From Thermodesulfobacteriota bacterium (GTDB lineage: Bacteria; Desulfobacterota; Desulfobaccia; Desulfobaccales; 0-14-0-80-60-11): a DNA stretch of 64,000 nucleotides. The DNA lies in contig JBMORF010000037.1 of NCBI GenBank assembly GCA_049322315.1, positions 3,864-67,863 on the forward strand, written 5' to 3'. The notes beneath the pieces were generated by a model. That model ran no database searches. It was given only the letters and a program-made list of their open reading frames with translations, and was not told the DNA's origin. Shown here one piece after another: positions 33,601-42,639 of the stretch (positions are counted from its first letter, which is position 1; each line of letters opens with the position of its first letter). Made by a program: the position numbers and the translations under genes.

Positions 33601-36314
33601 TAGCCCGTTGCCCCCAGCATCAGGTAGTCCCGGAAATACCGCTCGATGGCGGCGTTGATCTGTTCTTCGATCCCTTTCACGGTCACGCTGATATCGAGAG
33701 CCCCGCCCCCGCCTCTCCCGCCCCGGGTGTTGGCTTCGATCTGGCGCAGCACCGACAGATGCGGCGACATCACCTCTGCCAGCGAATCGCTGATCTGGGC
33801 TATGGGGATGGAGGTCTCCCCGGCAATGATCCCCCGCACCGCCTCATGCCCCGTGACCGAGCTCTGCACCCCTGAAGGAGACCAGGAGGAAGAGCCGCCA
33901 CTGGTGAGAAACATGCCGATGAGGCCGATGGCCCCCATGATGGCGCTGGCCGCGGCGGACCCCGCGGTAGAAAACATCTCCTTGAGGCCGTTGACCAAAA
34001 GTTGCTCCAACTGTTTCATGCCCTGCTTCAGGGTCTCGTTGAAGATAGACTTGAAAAAACCGTTCAGGCTCTGAAGCAGGTCATGGCCACCGCTGGTAAT
34101 GGCGTCCACTAATGAAGAGAGCCCCTGGGCTATGCTGGAGGCCATGCCGCTGATCTGCTCACCATGGTGGGCATAGTCGATCTTGGTCTGAAAATACAGG
34201 TCCTGGGTCCGGGCAAATTCCGGGGTGTAAGCCCCGGCCTTGATGGCCTCCTCCTTGGCCCGCTGCCAGTCCAGATAAAGCTTCTGAATCTTGGCTTCCT
34301 GCTCGGCCACCGGGCCCCAGGTGCCGGCAATTTCCACCCGCATGTCTTCAGCTTTTTGCTTATATTGTTGCTGCACCTCCACCTGGCGCTTAAGTTCGTT
34401 GGTGACCTTGACCTCGCCCTCCAGTTTCACCCGGGCGGCCTCCGCCGCCAACTGGGCCAGGACCATGCGGTTTTGGGCCTCAAGCTGCTGGCTGCGGTAG
34501 CCCCGGGCCTCGGGGCTTAAGTCTTGCCGTTCGAGATCCGCCAAGGCGTCCTGGTAGGCCTGCGCCTGGGCCTGTCTCTTCTTCTCGATCAGGGCAAGAG
34601 CAACGGCGGTTTCGTTGCCCTCCAACTCCTGGAGCCTGGCGTAATAAGTTTCACCACTAATCAACCCCTCGGCCAGCTGCTTTTCCAGCTCGGCCCTTTT
34701 CTTCTCATTGGTGGCCTTAAGCAAGTCCAGGGAATTCTGGGCGTCCTGGAGTTCGGCCTGGCGCTTTTGCTCCAGCATCTTCAGGTAGTCGCCGAAGAGG
34801 TCTTCTTCCGCTCCACCCTTCCCGCCCTTGTCCTTGGGTTTGCCGATATATTGTTCTTTCTCCGCCCTTTCTTTGGCCTCTCTGGCTTCCCGGTCCGCCC
34901 GTTCTTGCGGCGTTTCATACTCGGGTAGTACGGGCGGCATCCGGGAAGGTGCGGTGAATTTTCGGTATTGGCCTTGAACGGCCCATTTCTGATCCTCTTT
35001 GAGGAGTTCCTGGTACTTCTCAACCGTCAGGCCCCGGCGGCGGGCTTCATCCGCCAGGTTCAGATTGGCGGTGTCCATCTCCCCGGACAAGCGGTCTCGG
35101 TCCCTGGCCCGGCTGTCTTGGATATTTCGGGCCAGGCCCTTGTCCGCCCGCCAATCGGGTGCCTGCTTGCGCAATTCTTGAATCTTTTTCCAGGCTTCGT
35201 AAAAGCCGAGCAGGGTAATGGTGATGGCCAAGCGCCAAGGGCCACCCACCAAGGCCTTTAGTCTCCCCAAAAGAGCGGCAATAATCCCCGCCTCAGCCGC
35301 GGTTTTCTTAAGGGACCCCCCAAGCTCCATGAACCAGCAGGCCGCCTTGGAGGCGATATATAGTTCCGCCAGCCTTTTCAGAAGCTCCTTGTTTTCGGCA
35401 ATGAAGCTGCCGATATCCCGGATACCGATGGCCAGCCACTTCACCCATTCGGCCCCGGTCCTCCCCCACTCCGCCAGCCGGTCCTTGTTGGCCTTGGCCC
35501 AGGTTTCGAGATCCTTGTAGCCTTTGGTCATTTCCTGGACCCAGGCCAGGAAGGCTGGCTGGAAGATAGGCCAGAGAGCATTCTTGGCTTCCTCCGCATA
35601 CCGAGCCAGGCTGGCTAATTTTTTGCCCACGGTTTCATCCGCCGCGGCTGCGGCCCCAGCGAATCGGGTGGTTTTTTCCAGGACCTCGTTTAAGAGCAGG
35701 TTGGCCTTGGTCACCGCGCCGATCTGGTCTTTATCCACCCCCATGGTGTCGGCCCATTTCTTCATCAGGTCATCGATGTTGCCGACGTTGATCAGGAGCC
35801 TTTTCAGCGTCTCCTGTTCGCCGCTGATCACCCCCTGGATGATGCGGCTGAAAGCCTCGGAAGTGTTGACGTTGGCGACTACGGCGATATCTCTAGCCCG
35901 GGTGGCCAGCTCGGCCAGCTTCGATAAATCAAGCCCCGCGGACATGAACTTGGTGGCCCCCAGCATGGCCTCTTGGGTAGTGATCCCGGCCCTTTTCAGC
36001 TGGTCCACGTAGAAATCCAGTGTCTGGGCCGACACCCCGGCGTTTTTGCCCACCTGGTACATGGCCACTGACAGGGATTCCGTTCGGGCCCCGATCATGG
36101 CCGCTTCCCGGGAGAATTCCTTCAGCCGCCCCAGGATCTCATAGAGCCCCACGGCCACGCCGGCAAAGGTGAGGGCGCGCTTCACCTGGGTCCCCACCTC
36201 CTGGGCCATGCCCTGGAAGGACTTAAGGTCGTTGCGGCCGTCCTGCAGACCCTTTTTCAGATCCGCAACGTCCGCCTGCAGCTTGGCGACCAGAATTCCC
36301 AGTTCTTCGCTCAT
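33600..36314 (-). CDS. Tail tape measure protein
   Basis: 904 aa. Long helical/coiled-coil protein with internal TM-like Gly/Ala stretches. Immediately downstream of the chaperone pair. Confidence 0.85.
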   Translation of the reverse strand: MSEELGILVAKLQADVADLKKGLQDGRNDLKSFQGMAQEVGTQVKRALTFAGVAVGLYEILGRLKEFSREAAMIGARTESLSVAMYQVGKNAGVSAQTLDFYVDQLKRAGITTQEAMLGATKFMSAGLDLSKLAELATRARDIAVVANVNTSEAFSRIIQGVISGEQETLKRLLINVGNIDDLMKKWADTMGVDKDQIGAVTKANLLLNEVLEKTTRFAGAAAAADETVGKKLASLARYAEEAKNALWPIFQPAFLAWVQEMTKGYKDLETWAKANKDRLAEWGRTGAEWVKWLAIGIRDIGSFIAENKELLKRLAELYIASKAACWFMELGGSLKKTAAEAGIIAALLGRLKALVGGPWRLAITITLLGFYEAWKKIQELRKQAPDWRADKGLARNIQDSRARDRDRLSGEMDTANLNLADEARRRGLTVEKYQELLKEDQKWAVQGQYRKFTAPSRMPPVLPEYETPQERADREAREAKERAEKEQYIGKPKDKGGKGGAEEDLFGDYLKMLEQKRQAELQDAQNSLDLLKATNEKKRAELEKQLAEGLISGETYYARLQELEGNETAVALALIEKKRQAQAQAYQDALADLERQDLSPEARGYRSQQLEAQNRMVLAQLAAEAARVKLEGEVKVTNELKRQVEVQQQYKQKAEDMRVEIAGTWGPVAEQEAKIQKLYLDWQRAKEEAIKAGAYTPEFARTQDLYFQTKIDYAHHGEQISGMASSIAQGLSSLVDAITSGGHDLLQSLNGFFKSIFNETLKQGMKQLEQLLVNGLKEMFSTAGSAAASAIMGAIGLIGMFLTSGGSSSWSPSGVQSSVTGHEAVRGIIAGETSIPIAQISDSLAEVMSPHLSVLRQIEANTRGGRGGGGALDISVTVKGIEEQINAAIERYFRDYLMLGATG

Positions 36315-36628
36315 TAAGCTTGGTCTCTTTTACTCACCGGCAAATTCTTAAACCACTGCATAGCCCGGGAACTCATGAGGCGTTTTCCGGGCCGGGAAGA
36401 TTCCTTCTTCTCCACTTCTTCCATGCCTTTGAGCCAGGTCTCCAGGACTCGGCCTTTGCCACCGGCCAGAGCCAGGTCCAGGGCGTTACACACGGCCACG
36501 GAGAACCCAAGGGTAGCTTCGATCATCGTTCTCCGCTTGTTCTCCCGGGCTGCCCGGTACAGATTCTTGAGCAGCTCCACCGGGTAACCGTCCAGAAGAT
36601 CGTTTAAGGAATGGCCCCGGCTGATCAA
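36314..36628 (-). CDS. Tail assembly chaperone, T part (expressed as a G-T fusion by -1 frameshift)
   Basis: This reading frame is the -1 frame relative to ORF 36652..37074 and stays open upstream through the slippery site at 36706-36712. Confidence 0.6.
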   Translation of the reverse strand: MISRGHSLNDLLDGYPVELLKNLYRAARENKRRTMIEATLGFSVAVCNALDLALAGGKGRVLETWLKGMEEVEKKESSRPGKRLMSSRAMQWFKNLPVSKRDQA

Positions 36629-36651
36629 CTCTTCCAGGGCCAGGGTTAAAG

Positions 36652-37074
36652 CTAAGGGGTGGCGGTCCCGGTAACGGCAATCTTCCCCGCCACCAGGCTT
36701 GATAAGTTTTTTAGGGGACCGGTATTCTGGAGCAGAATTTTCATGCCCACCACCGCGGCCAGGCCCCAGTCCATCTCTTCCGCTTCCTTAAGGTCGAGCC
36801 TTAAGGTGGCGGCAATCAACTGGGGCAATTCCGGCAATACCGCTTCCATGGCCTCCAGACCTCTTTCCAGGAAGAAGGTATCCAGGTTCTCCACCGTCAG
36901 GCCCTGCTCCATCAGTTTGGCGACGATGACCTTGAGGGCCGGGTAGACCGCCTGGAACTGCTTCAGGGTCCAGGGTTTGATGGTATAGTCGCCGATCTTG
37001 TCTTCGGCGAAGAGCGCGGCCACCTCGTTTTCCTCAACGATGGGCATTTTCGTTTCCTGACCATTTCCGGCCAT
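36652..37074 (-). CDS. Tail assembly chaperone, G part
   Basis: 140-aa acidic ORF between the major tail gene and the tape measure, the canonical position. Confidence 0.65.
   Translation of the reverse strand: MAGNGQETKMPIVEENEVAALFAEDKIGDYTIKPWTLKQFQAVYPALKVIVAKLMEQGLTVENLDTFFLERGLEAMEAVLPELPQLIAATLRLDLKEAEEMDWGLAAVVGMKILLQNTGPLKNLSSLVAGKIAVTGTATP
36706..36712 (-). other. Programmed -1 ribosomal frameshift heptamer A_AAA_AAC
   Basis: Minus strand reads ggt ccc ctA AAA AAC tta in the G frame. The -1 frame from here runs ...KKLIKPGGGEDCRYRDRHPLALTLALEELISRGHSL... into the T ORF without a stop. Confidence 0.6.
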
Positions 37075-37090
37075 ACAACCTCCTTCAAGA

Positions 37091-38248
37091 TTAAACTTCG
37101 TTCAGCATCACCACCCGGCCGTAGGGGTAATCCGGGGTAGCATTGAAGTTGTCCAGGACCTCCAGGGTCATGGGGACCTCCAGGGTCTTTTTGTCGTCCA
37201 GGGTCAGGGCCCCGTTGGGCTTGAGCTGGCAGCGGGGGATCTCGATATCGAAACGCAGGCCCCGGCCTTCCGCAGGGTGGCACTCCAGCCGGGCCGCGCC
37301 CTCGACAAAGCTTCCCGTAGCAATGGGAAAGCGAAGGGCGCTCCAGGTGGTATACGTGAAGCTGACCTTCACCTCTTCCCCGTCGGCGATCTTGCCGGTG
37401 GCCACCCTGCCGATTCTCCCCACCAGTCGGCCGTCCTCTCCGGCCCGCCCGGGGTCCAGGATGTAGTCGGCGTTCTGGGCCAGGTTTTGCCGGAAGCAGT
37501 TCACCGTGGCCGCGGTGGTGACCGCGGTGGCCTTGACCCGGATGAAATAGCCGCTGAAGCCGTTCACCGTGGTCCTGGCCCAGTCTTCAGGTGGGGTGAA
37601 GGTAATGGGACCGTCGGCGTCCAGATTGGCTCCGGCGCCGGAGACGGCCAGGGCCTGCCAGGCGCTCCCGTTCCAGTATTCCCAGGCCAAGCCGGTGTAA
37701 GCGCCGTTCACCGCCAGGTCCGCTTGGACTTCCCTAAAGAGGGTGTTCTTGCCCAGGTAGAGGACATCGTCTGCATCCTGGAGTGCGTCGAAGGGCGTGC
37801 CAGCCTCGGTGTCCGCCTCCACCGAGTGATCCACGAAGGCGACGCCGTCAAAACGGCAGCACTTGTCCAAGAACTGGCGAATAGTAACCGCGGAGATGCC
37901 GTACTTGCCCAGGGAAGATAGGATCAGGGCGTTAAGGGTCACCTTTTGGTCCACCACTTGGCCGGTCCCGGTCCCCACCAGCTCCGCGGGCCCACCCTTG
38001 AAATAAGCTCCCAGGTTCTCCGCCACCGGTTCGTCCAGCTTGAACTTCATGGTCAGCTCTTCCTCAATAGGGAAGACCTTGTCCACCCGGCGTTTTCCCG
38101 AGCGGTTAGTGTAGTGCTTCAACTCCTCGGTCTTGGGGTCGAGATCCAGGTCCACGATATTTCCCAAGTCCCGTTCCCCGGTGCCGGCATCGAAAAAGAG
38201 CTTGATGCCCCCGGGGATGGTGAGGTTTTCCGTGCTGGGAGGCAGCAT
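37091..38248 (-). CDS. Major tail protein candidate
   Basis: 385-aa ORF directly upstream of the chaperones. Assigned by position only. Confidence 0.5.
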   Translation of the reverse strand: MLPPSTENLTIPGGIKLFFDAGTGERDLGNIVDLDLDPKTEELKHYTNRSGKRRVDKVFPIEEELTMKFKLDEPVAENLGAYFKGGPAELVGTGTGQVVDQKVTLNALILSSLGKYGISAVTIRQFLDKCCRFDGVAFVDHSVEADTEAGTPFDALQDADDVLYLGKNTLFREVQADLAVNGAYTGLAWEYWNGSAWQALAVSGAGANLDADGPITFTPPEDWARTTVNGFSGYFIRVKATAVTTAATVNCFRQNLAQNADYILDPGRAGEDGRLVGRIGRVATGKIADGEEVKVSFTYTTWSALRFPIATGSFVEGAARLECHPAEGRGLRFDIEIPRCQLKPNGALTLDDKKTLEVPMTLEVLDNFNATPDYPYGRVVMLNEV

Positions 38249-38263
38249 TTTTTGTCACCCTCC

Positions 38264-38713
38264 TTAATAACTGGTGCTGAAGGCATTCCCGGAGGAATGC
38301 GCGTAAGTCATTTGATAGATCAAGACCAACTCGCCGAAAAGCTCGTTGGCCAGGGCCTTCCTGGTGGTCAGTTCCTGGATATTCACCACTTTGCCCGCTA
38401 ATGGTGCCGGGCAGGCCATAACCTCGTGGACCTTTCCGGCAACGGTGTCTGCCAGGTCCGAAAAGGCCGTGAAGCCATGGTCATTTCCCGGGGTCAGGCG
38501 GATAAAAACCGCCATGGTCAGCCGCATCACCCCCAGCATCAGCCGGTTTCGGGGTTTTCTCTCCTCTTCGTCCCAGAAAAACAGCGCCGGGGTCTTCACC
38601 TTCTCCAGGTCCACGTTCAAAGGCGACCGGCGGTGTACCGAGCCCAACTCCGGGATAGTCCGGAGCATGTTTTCCAGGGTGCGCAGAACCTGGGTCTTGA
38701 TGGTCTCTGCCAT
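38264..38713 (-). CDS. Tail terminator/tail completion protein candidate
   Basis: 149 aa, between the head-tail adaptor genes and the major tail gene. Confidence 0.45.
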   Translation of the reverse strand: MAETIKTQVLRTLENMLRTIPELGSVHRRSPLNVDLEKVKTPALFFWDEEERKPRNRLMLGVMRLTMAVFIRLTPGNDHGFTAFSDLADTVAGKVHEVMACPAPLAGKVVNIQELTTRKALANELFGELVLIYQMTYAHSSGNAFSTSY

Positions 38714-39348
38714 TAACCAACCTTTAAAACCTCTTTCTTCAAGTCCGCCAGGAACTTCGGCCTGGCCCAGAGGACCAGGTCGATATGCGGGTCGATGCGG
38801 CGTTTCACCACCACCGATTTCTTCAGGATGAACAGGGGGATGATCTCGCCCTTCTTCACCCTCTGCCCCGCCGCGGCCCGCTGGCGCACGCCTTCGGTGG
38901 TTCCTTTTTGGCCACCCTGGTAGCCGAAAATCACGCCCTTATTGATGAAGGTCGGGCCCCAGATAGGGTCCAGAGGCCCACCCTTGGCCACTCCCGCCGG
39001 GGTCTTGGCGAAGTCCGTGGGAATGGCCAGAAACTGCTTATTCTTGGGCGTAATCGTCACCGTCGTGCCCCGGGGCCCGAAATGCACCCCGGCGTACTTC
39101 ACTCCGGCATGTACTGCCGCAGTAATCAAGGTGGGCGTGGATGCCTCCACCTGGGCCGGAGTGGGGATGATTTCCCGGCTCAAAGTTCCCGAGCGCTTGG
39201 CCAGGGAGTTATCCGTGGTGCCACCGGTTAAATGCTGGGTCTGGAGTTTACGCACCACGTTCGCCAGGGTTTTGTTCAACACGCCCGCCACCTGCTTAAC
39301 CAGGTTCTTCTCCAGGACTTCCAGACTCTTAATGGGGTCTTTGGCCAT
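38713..39348 (-). CDS. Head-tail joining protein (HK97 gp10-like) candidate
   Basis: Start moved to MAKDPIKS (TGATG overlap with the upstream stop). Assigned by position and size. Confidence 0.45.
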   Translation of the reverse strand: MAKDPIKSLEVLEKNLVKQVAGVLNKTLANVVRKLQTQHLTGGTTDNSLAKRSGTLSREIIPTPAQVEASTPTLITAAVHAGVKYAGVHFGPRGTTVTITPKNKQFLAIPTDFAKTPAGVAKGGPLDPIWGPTFINKGVIFGYQGGQKGTTEGVRQRAAAGQRVKKGEIIPLFILKKSVVVKRRIDPHIDLVLWARPKFLADLKKEVLKVG

Positions 39349-39950
39349 CAGCCGGGCCTCCGCCGATAACGCAGTAAGGTGTTTCTCACTGAGCTCAAAA
39401 ACTCGCCCACATACATTTTCTGGACGGAGCCGTCCGGGAAGGCTACGGCCTGGAGCCCCGGATCGTTCCGGCGGCGATATTCGTAGGCCACCTGGGTGCA
39501 CACCGCCTGCTGCAGGTCCTCTGGAAGCGAGGTGTATCCATCGGGCGGTTCGACTCCTTCCTCCAAGAAAGGATCAAAGCCCCCGGTATAAATCACCCGG
39601 ACGGCCCCTTCCCCGTAGGGCCAATCCCCGCCCCGGTAGAGCACCATGCCCGTGGCTCCATCGAAAGCGTAGCTGCTGACGCTTAAAGGCGACGCCCCTG
39701 CCCAATCCCAGGTGTCGGAACAGATAATAGAGGCGATCTCCGCCACCGGCAGGGCCCGGAGATAGAGATACCGTCCCCCGCCATCGTGGAACTCCACCCG
39801 CTCCTTCTTCTCGAACTCCCGGTTGCACAAGGCCTCGGCCCGTTTGGAGACAGCGGTGATCAGCCAGGAAAGCAAGGTATCAGCCTCCGGGGACAGTGCA
39901 GTGTCGCCCTGGAGCAATTCCTTGACTCTGGTCAGCGTGGTCAAATCCAT
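39348..39950 (-). CDS. Head-tail connector (gp6-like) protein candidate
   Basis: 200 aa. The N-terminus MDLTTLTRVKELLQGDT...DTLLSWLITAVSKRAEALCNREF resembles phage gp6-like connector proteins. Confidence 0.55.
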   Translation of the reverse strand: MDLTTLTRVKELLQGDTALSPEADTLLSWLITAVSKRAEALCNREFEKKERVEFHDGGGRYLYLRALPVAEIASIICSDTWDWAGASPLSVSSYAFDGATGMVLYRGGDWPYGEGAVRVIYTGGFDPFLEEGVEPPDGYTSLPEDLQQAVCTQVAYEYRRRNDPGLQAVAFPDGSVQKMYVGEFLSSVRNTLLRYRRRPG

Positions 39951-39957
39951 GGTTAAC

Positions 39958-40212
39958 TCACTTGGTCTGGGCTTCGTCCTTCTTCATGGCCCGGTCCTTC
40001 GGGGGCTCCGGTACTTCTTTGGTTTCGGGGGCAGGGGCCGGATCAGGCCCTTTGGTTTTCCCCGGCTGCGGCTCCCCGTTGACCGGCTCGATCTTCCAGC
40101 CCTGCTCCTCCAGGACCTTGGGAGTGGGCTCGAACACCTCCCCTGCCTTAAGCACGTTCCCCTTCCCCAGATGCACCACATATTCGTCTCTAACCCGGTA
40201 TTGCATGGTCAA
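39958..40212 (-). CDS. Small phage head-module protein
   Basis: 84-aa ORF downstream of the capsid gene, with a Pro/Lys-rich tail. Confidence 0.5.
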   Translation of the reverse strand: MTMQYRVRDEYVVHLGKGNVLKAGEVFEPTPKVLEEQGWKIEPVNGEPQPGKTKGPDPAPAPETKEVPEPPKDRAMKKDEAQTK

Positions 40213-40256
40213 CTCCTATTGGTAAAAGGGAGCCGGTACCGCAGGCTCCCCCACAG

Positions 40257-41489
40257 TTAGGCGATTTTGGCGTCGCTGCACAAACAGAAACTCTCGGTGT
40301 GCCGCAGCCCGATGTCCACGTCGGCGATGATCCGGATCCAGGTCTGGTTGGAGGCAAAGGCCGTCCCCGCCTGGTCCGAGGCCAGGATCTGGAAACCCGC
40401 CCACTGGCCGATCAACAGCTCCGCCCAGTTGGCGAAGAAGAGTTCGGTGCAGTTCGTGGCGGTCCCCTTCACCAAGTTCACCGGGACCTGGGTAGTCATG
40501 CCGAAGCGGTAACCGAGATACGCTTCCAGCTGGGCGTCGCTGAAGGGCGCCAGGATGTATTCGCCGGAAAGGTCACCGCTGAACTGGGCGATCTTGAGCT
40601 TCTTCAGGCGCCGCCTAATGGCCGGGTGGAAGACAAACCCCAGTTTGCCCCGGAGCGCATTGTCCACGCTGAGTTCGTATTCCATGTCGGTGAAGGTGTC
40701 GAAGTCCGCGAGGCCGCCGTTCGGCCCCAGGATCATGTTATTGATGCCCGGGGTGTTGGCGATCCCCAGTGGCTGGTTGTCCGTGCCGGTACCCCTGAGA
40801 GCCGCGAGATCAATGGCCAGGCCCAGGGCGATGGCCACGTCCTGCCTGACCATCTGTTCAGCCGAGGGGTTGGACATGCGGATCAGGCGGTTCGAGAGTT
40901 GCACCAGGGCGCTCACCGACTTGGGAGTCATCTGCAACTGCCCCAGGGCCGCGTCGCTGGGAGTGATGGCGGCGTTTTCCCCCACCCAGTAAGCGATGGC
41001 CCCGCCGGTCTGCTTGGGGAACTCCACGGGCGAGCCTACCAGGTTGTCGATGACCCGGGCCCCCATGCGGATGCACACCGCCTCGGCCCGGAGGAGCTCG
41101 ATGAGTTCGGGCACAGCCTGGGCCGGCACCAGGTAACCGCCCGCGGCGTCATCCCCTGCGGACATGGCCCGGGTCTGCCGGAAGACTTCTTCTTCCAGCT
41201 CCGCCCCTTTCCAGTTCTTGTTCATGATGGCGTTCACCGCCTTGAAGAGCGAAAATTTCTTGTTCTCGTCCTCCAAACCCGGGAGGTTGGCCCACTTGCG
41301 GGAGCGGTATTTCTCGTCCAGCTCCGCAAACCGCTTCTCCAGGTCGGCGTATTTTTCAGACAGCCCCTGGATGGTCTTGAAGGCCTCGGCGATGGTGATC
41401 ACCCGGCCCTCGCCGTCCGTGGTCTTGAGGTTTTTATTGATGTCCTCCAGCAACTCCTTGATCTGCAGGTTGATGGCAGGCTCGCCCAT
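40257..41489 (-). CDS. HK97-family major capsid protein
   Basis: 410 aa. N-terminal coiled delta-like region, then AAGGYLVPAQ and typical HK97-fold length. Follows the protease. Confidence 0.85.
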   Translation of the reverse strand: MGEPAINLQIKELLEDINKNLKTTDGEGRVITIAEAFKTIQGLSEKYADLEKRFAELDEKYRSRKWANLPGLEDENKKFSLFKAVNAIMNKNWKGAELEEEVFRQTRAMSAGDDAAGGYLVPAQAVPELIELLRAEAVCIRMGARVIDNLVGSPVEFPKQTGGAIAYWVGENAAITPSDAALGQLQMTPKSVSALVQLSNRLIRMSNPSAEQMVRQDVAIALGLAIDLAALRGTGTDNQPLGIANTPGINNMILGPNGGLADFDTFTDMEYELSVDNALRGKLGFVFHPAIRRRLKKLKIAQFSGDLSGEYILAPFSDAQLEAYLGYRFGMTTQVPVNLVKGTATNCTELFFANWAELLIGQWAGFQILASDQAGTAFASNQTWIRIIADVDIGLRHTESFCLCSDAKIA

Positions 41490-41501
41490 ATCCCTCCTCC
41501 T

Positions 41502-42629
41502 TTAGCCCGCAGCGACGGGCAGTTTGAAGATTTTGGCCACTTCTTGGGTCAGCTCGAAGATTCTGTTCAGTTCCGGGTCACCCCTGGTAGAGCTTCCGGG
41601 AGCCTCGCTCTCCGGGTCCATGGCCAGGGAGTAGTAATCGGTGATCTTGCTTTTGCCCCCTTCTTCTGAGCCCGAACCCTCGGCCGCATCCAGCACCGCC
41701 TGGATGCGGTCCCGGGCTTCCGCCAGGGCCGTTTTGTTCTTGGCGCTCAGCACCGCCCCGGCCTTGACCTGGAGAATGGGGATATCGGCTTTAAAGCCTT
41801 GGAATAGGGCTTCCCATTGACCCCTGATCTCCGCCAGTTGCTCTTCCGACAGGGCCACATTCAACTTGAGGGTGGCCTTGGACCGCAGTTCTTGGATTTC
41901 CCGGCGCTGGCCCTCCGCCAGGTCGCACAAGGCCAACAGGGTCCCGGAAGAGTCTGTGTTCGGCTCGGTGGGCGGCAGACCCAGGGCGATGAGCCGCTGG
42001 TTCAGGTCGTCATGCTGCTTGTTTTGCTGGGCATCGGTGCCCTGTTTCTCCTGACCTTCCTCAGCCGTCTCCTTCATCTTGGCCTGGAAAGCTTCGGCTT
42101 CTTGCTGCGTCAGGAGGCCCTTCTGCACCGGCACAATCAGCGCCCCGGGGTTGGCGGGCACGGCCACGAGAGAAACCTCAAGCAACTCCGCCCGCTTGAA
42201 GCGCCAGCCCGTGCGGTTGCCCTCGTTGTCCAGGATGGGCTCCCTCTCCAGGTCCATGAATCCCACCGAGACCGCCCGGATATAGCCCCCCAGTGCCAGG
42301 CGATAAGCGATGTCGGCCTCCGGATTCTCCTGGGCTGTGGCAAACTTGGCCTGGATCACCAAACCCCTGAGCGGGTCTTTGATGGCGCTGATACCCTGGC
42401 CGATGGGAAACCCGCCGTAATCATGGCCGTAGAGGATCACCGGCACCTTAAGCCAGTTGTCTAGCTCCCAACCTTCCACCTCGATGATGTCGCCGTAGCG
42501 GTCCACCTGGGCGGTGGAGGCAATGAACTCCAGAACCCGCTCGGCCGGGTCTCCCACCTGGCGGACTTTGATATCGAGGGCCTTGTGGAAAGTTGGACTC
42601 TTTTCTCGGTTAATGGCGGCTTCAGCCAT
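41502..42629 (-). CDS. HK97-family prohead protease (S78-like) with a C-terminal scaffold-like coiled coil
   Basis: Start moved to MAEAAINREK (ATG 42629, RBS GGAGGAAG). FIASTAQVDRYGDIIEVEGW ... VPVILYGHDYGGFPIGQ. The track N-terminal extension overlaps the portal. Confidence 0.8.
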   Translation of the reverse strand: MAEAAINREKSPTFHKALDIKVRQVGDPAERVLEFIASTAQVDRYGDIIEVEGWELDNWLKVPVILYGHDYGGFPIGQGISAIKDPLRGLVIQAKFATAQENPEADIAYRLALGGYIRAVSVGFMDLEREPILDNEGNRTGWRFKRAELLEVSLVAVPANPGALIVPVQKGLLTQQEAEAFQAKMKETAEEGQEKQGTDAQQNKQHDDLNQRLIALGLPPTEPNTDSSGTLLALCDLAEGQRREIQELRSKATLKLNVALSEEQLAEIRGQWEALFQGFKADIPILQVKAGAVLSAKNKTALAEARDRIQAVLDAAEGSGSEEGGKSKITDYYSLAMDPESEAPGSSTRGDPELNRIFELTQEVAKIFKLPVAAG

Positions 42630-42639
42630 ATTCTTCCTC

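Noticed and set aside
40299-41669. 456-aa plus-strand ORF, and similar long antisense ORFs at 29392-30324, 55995-57116, 60475-61422, 43969-44604 and 25244-25981
   Set aside because: All are antisense to recognisable phage genes (capsid, tail proteins, dnaN, portal). They lack RBSs and have shadow-frame composition.
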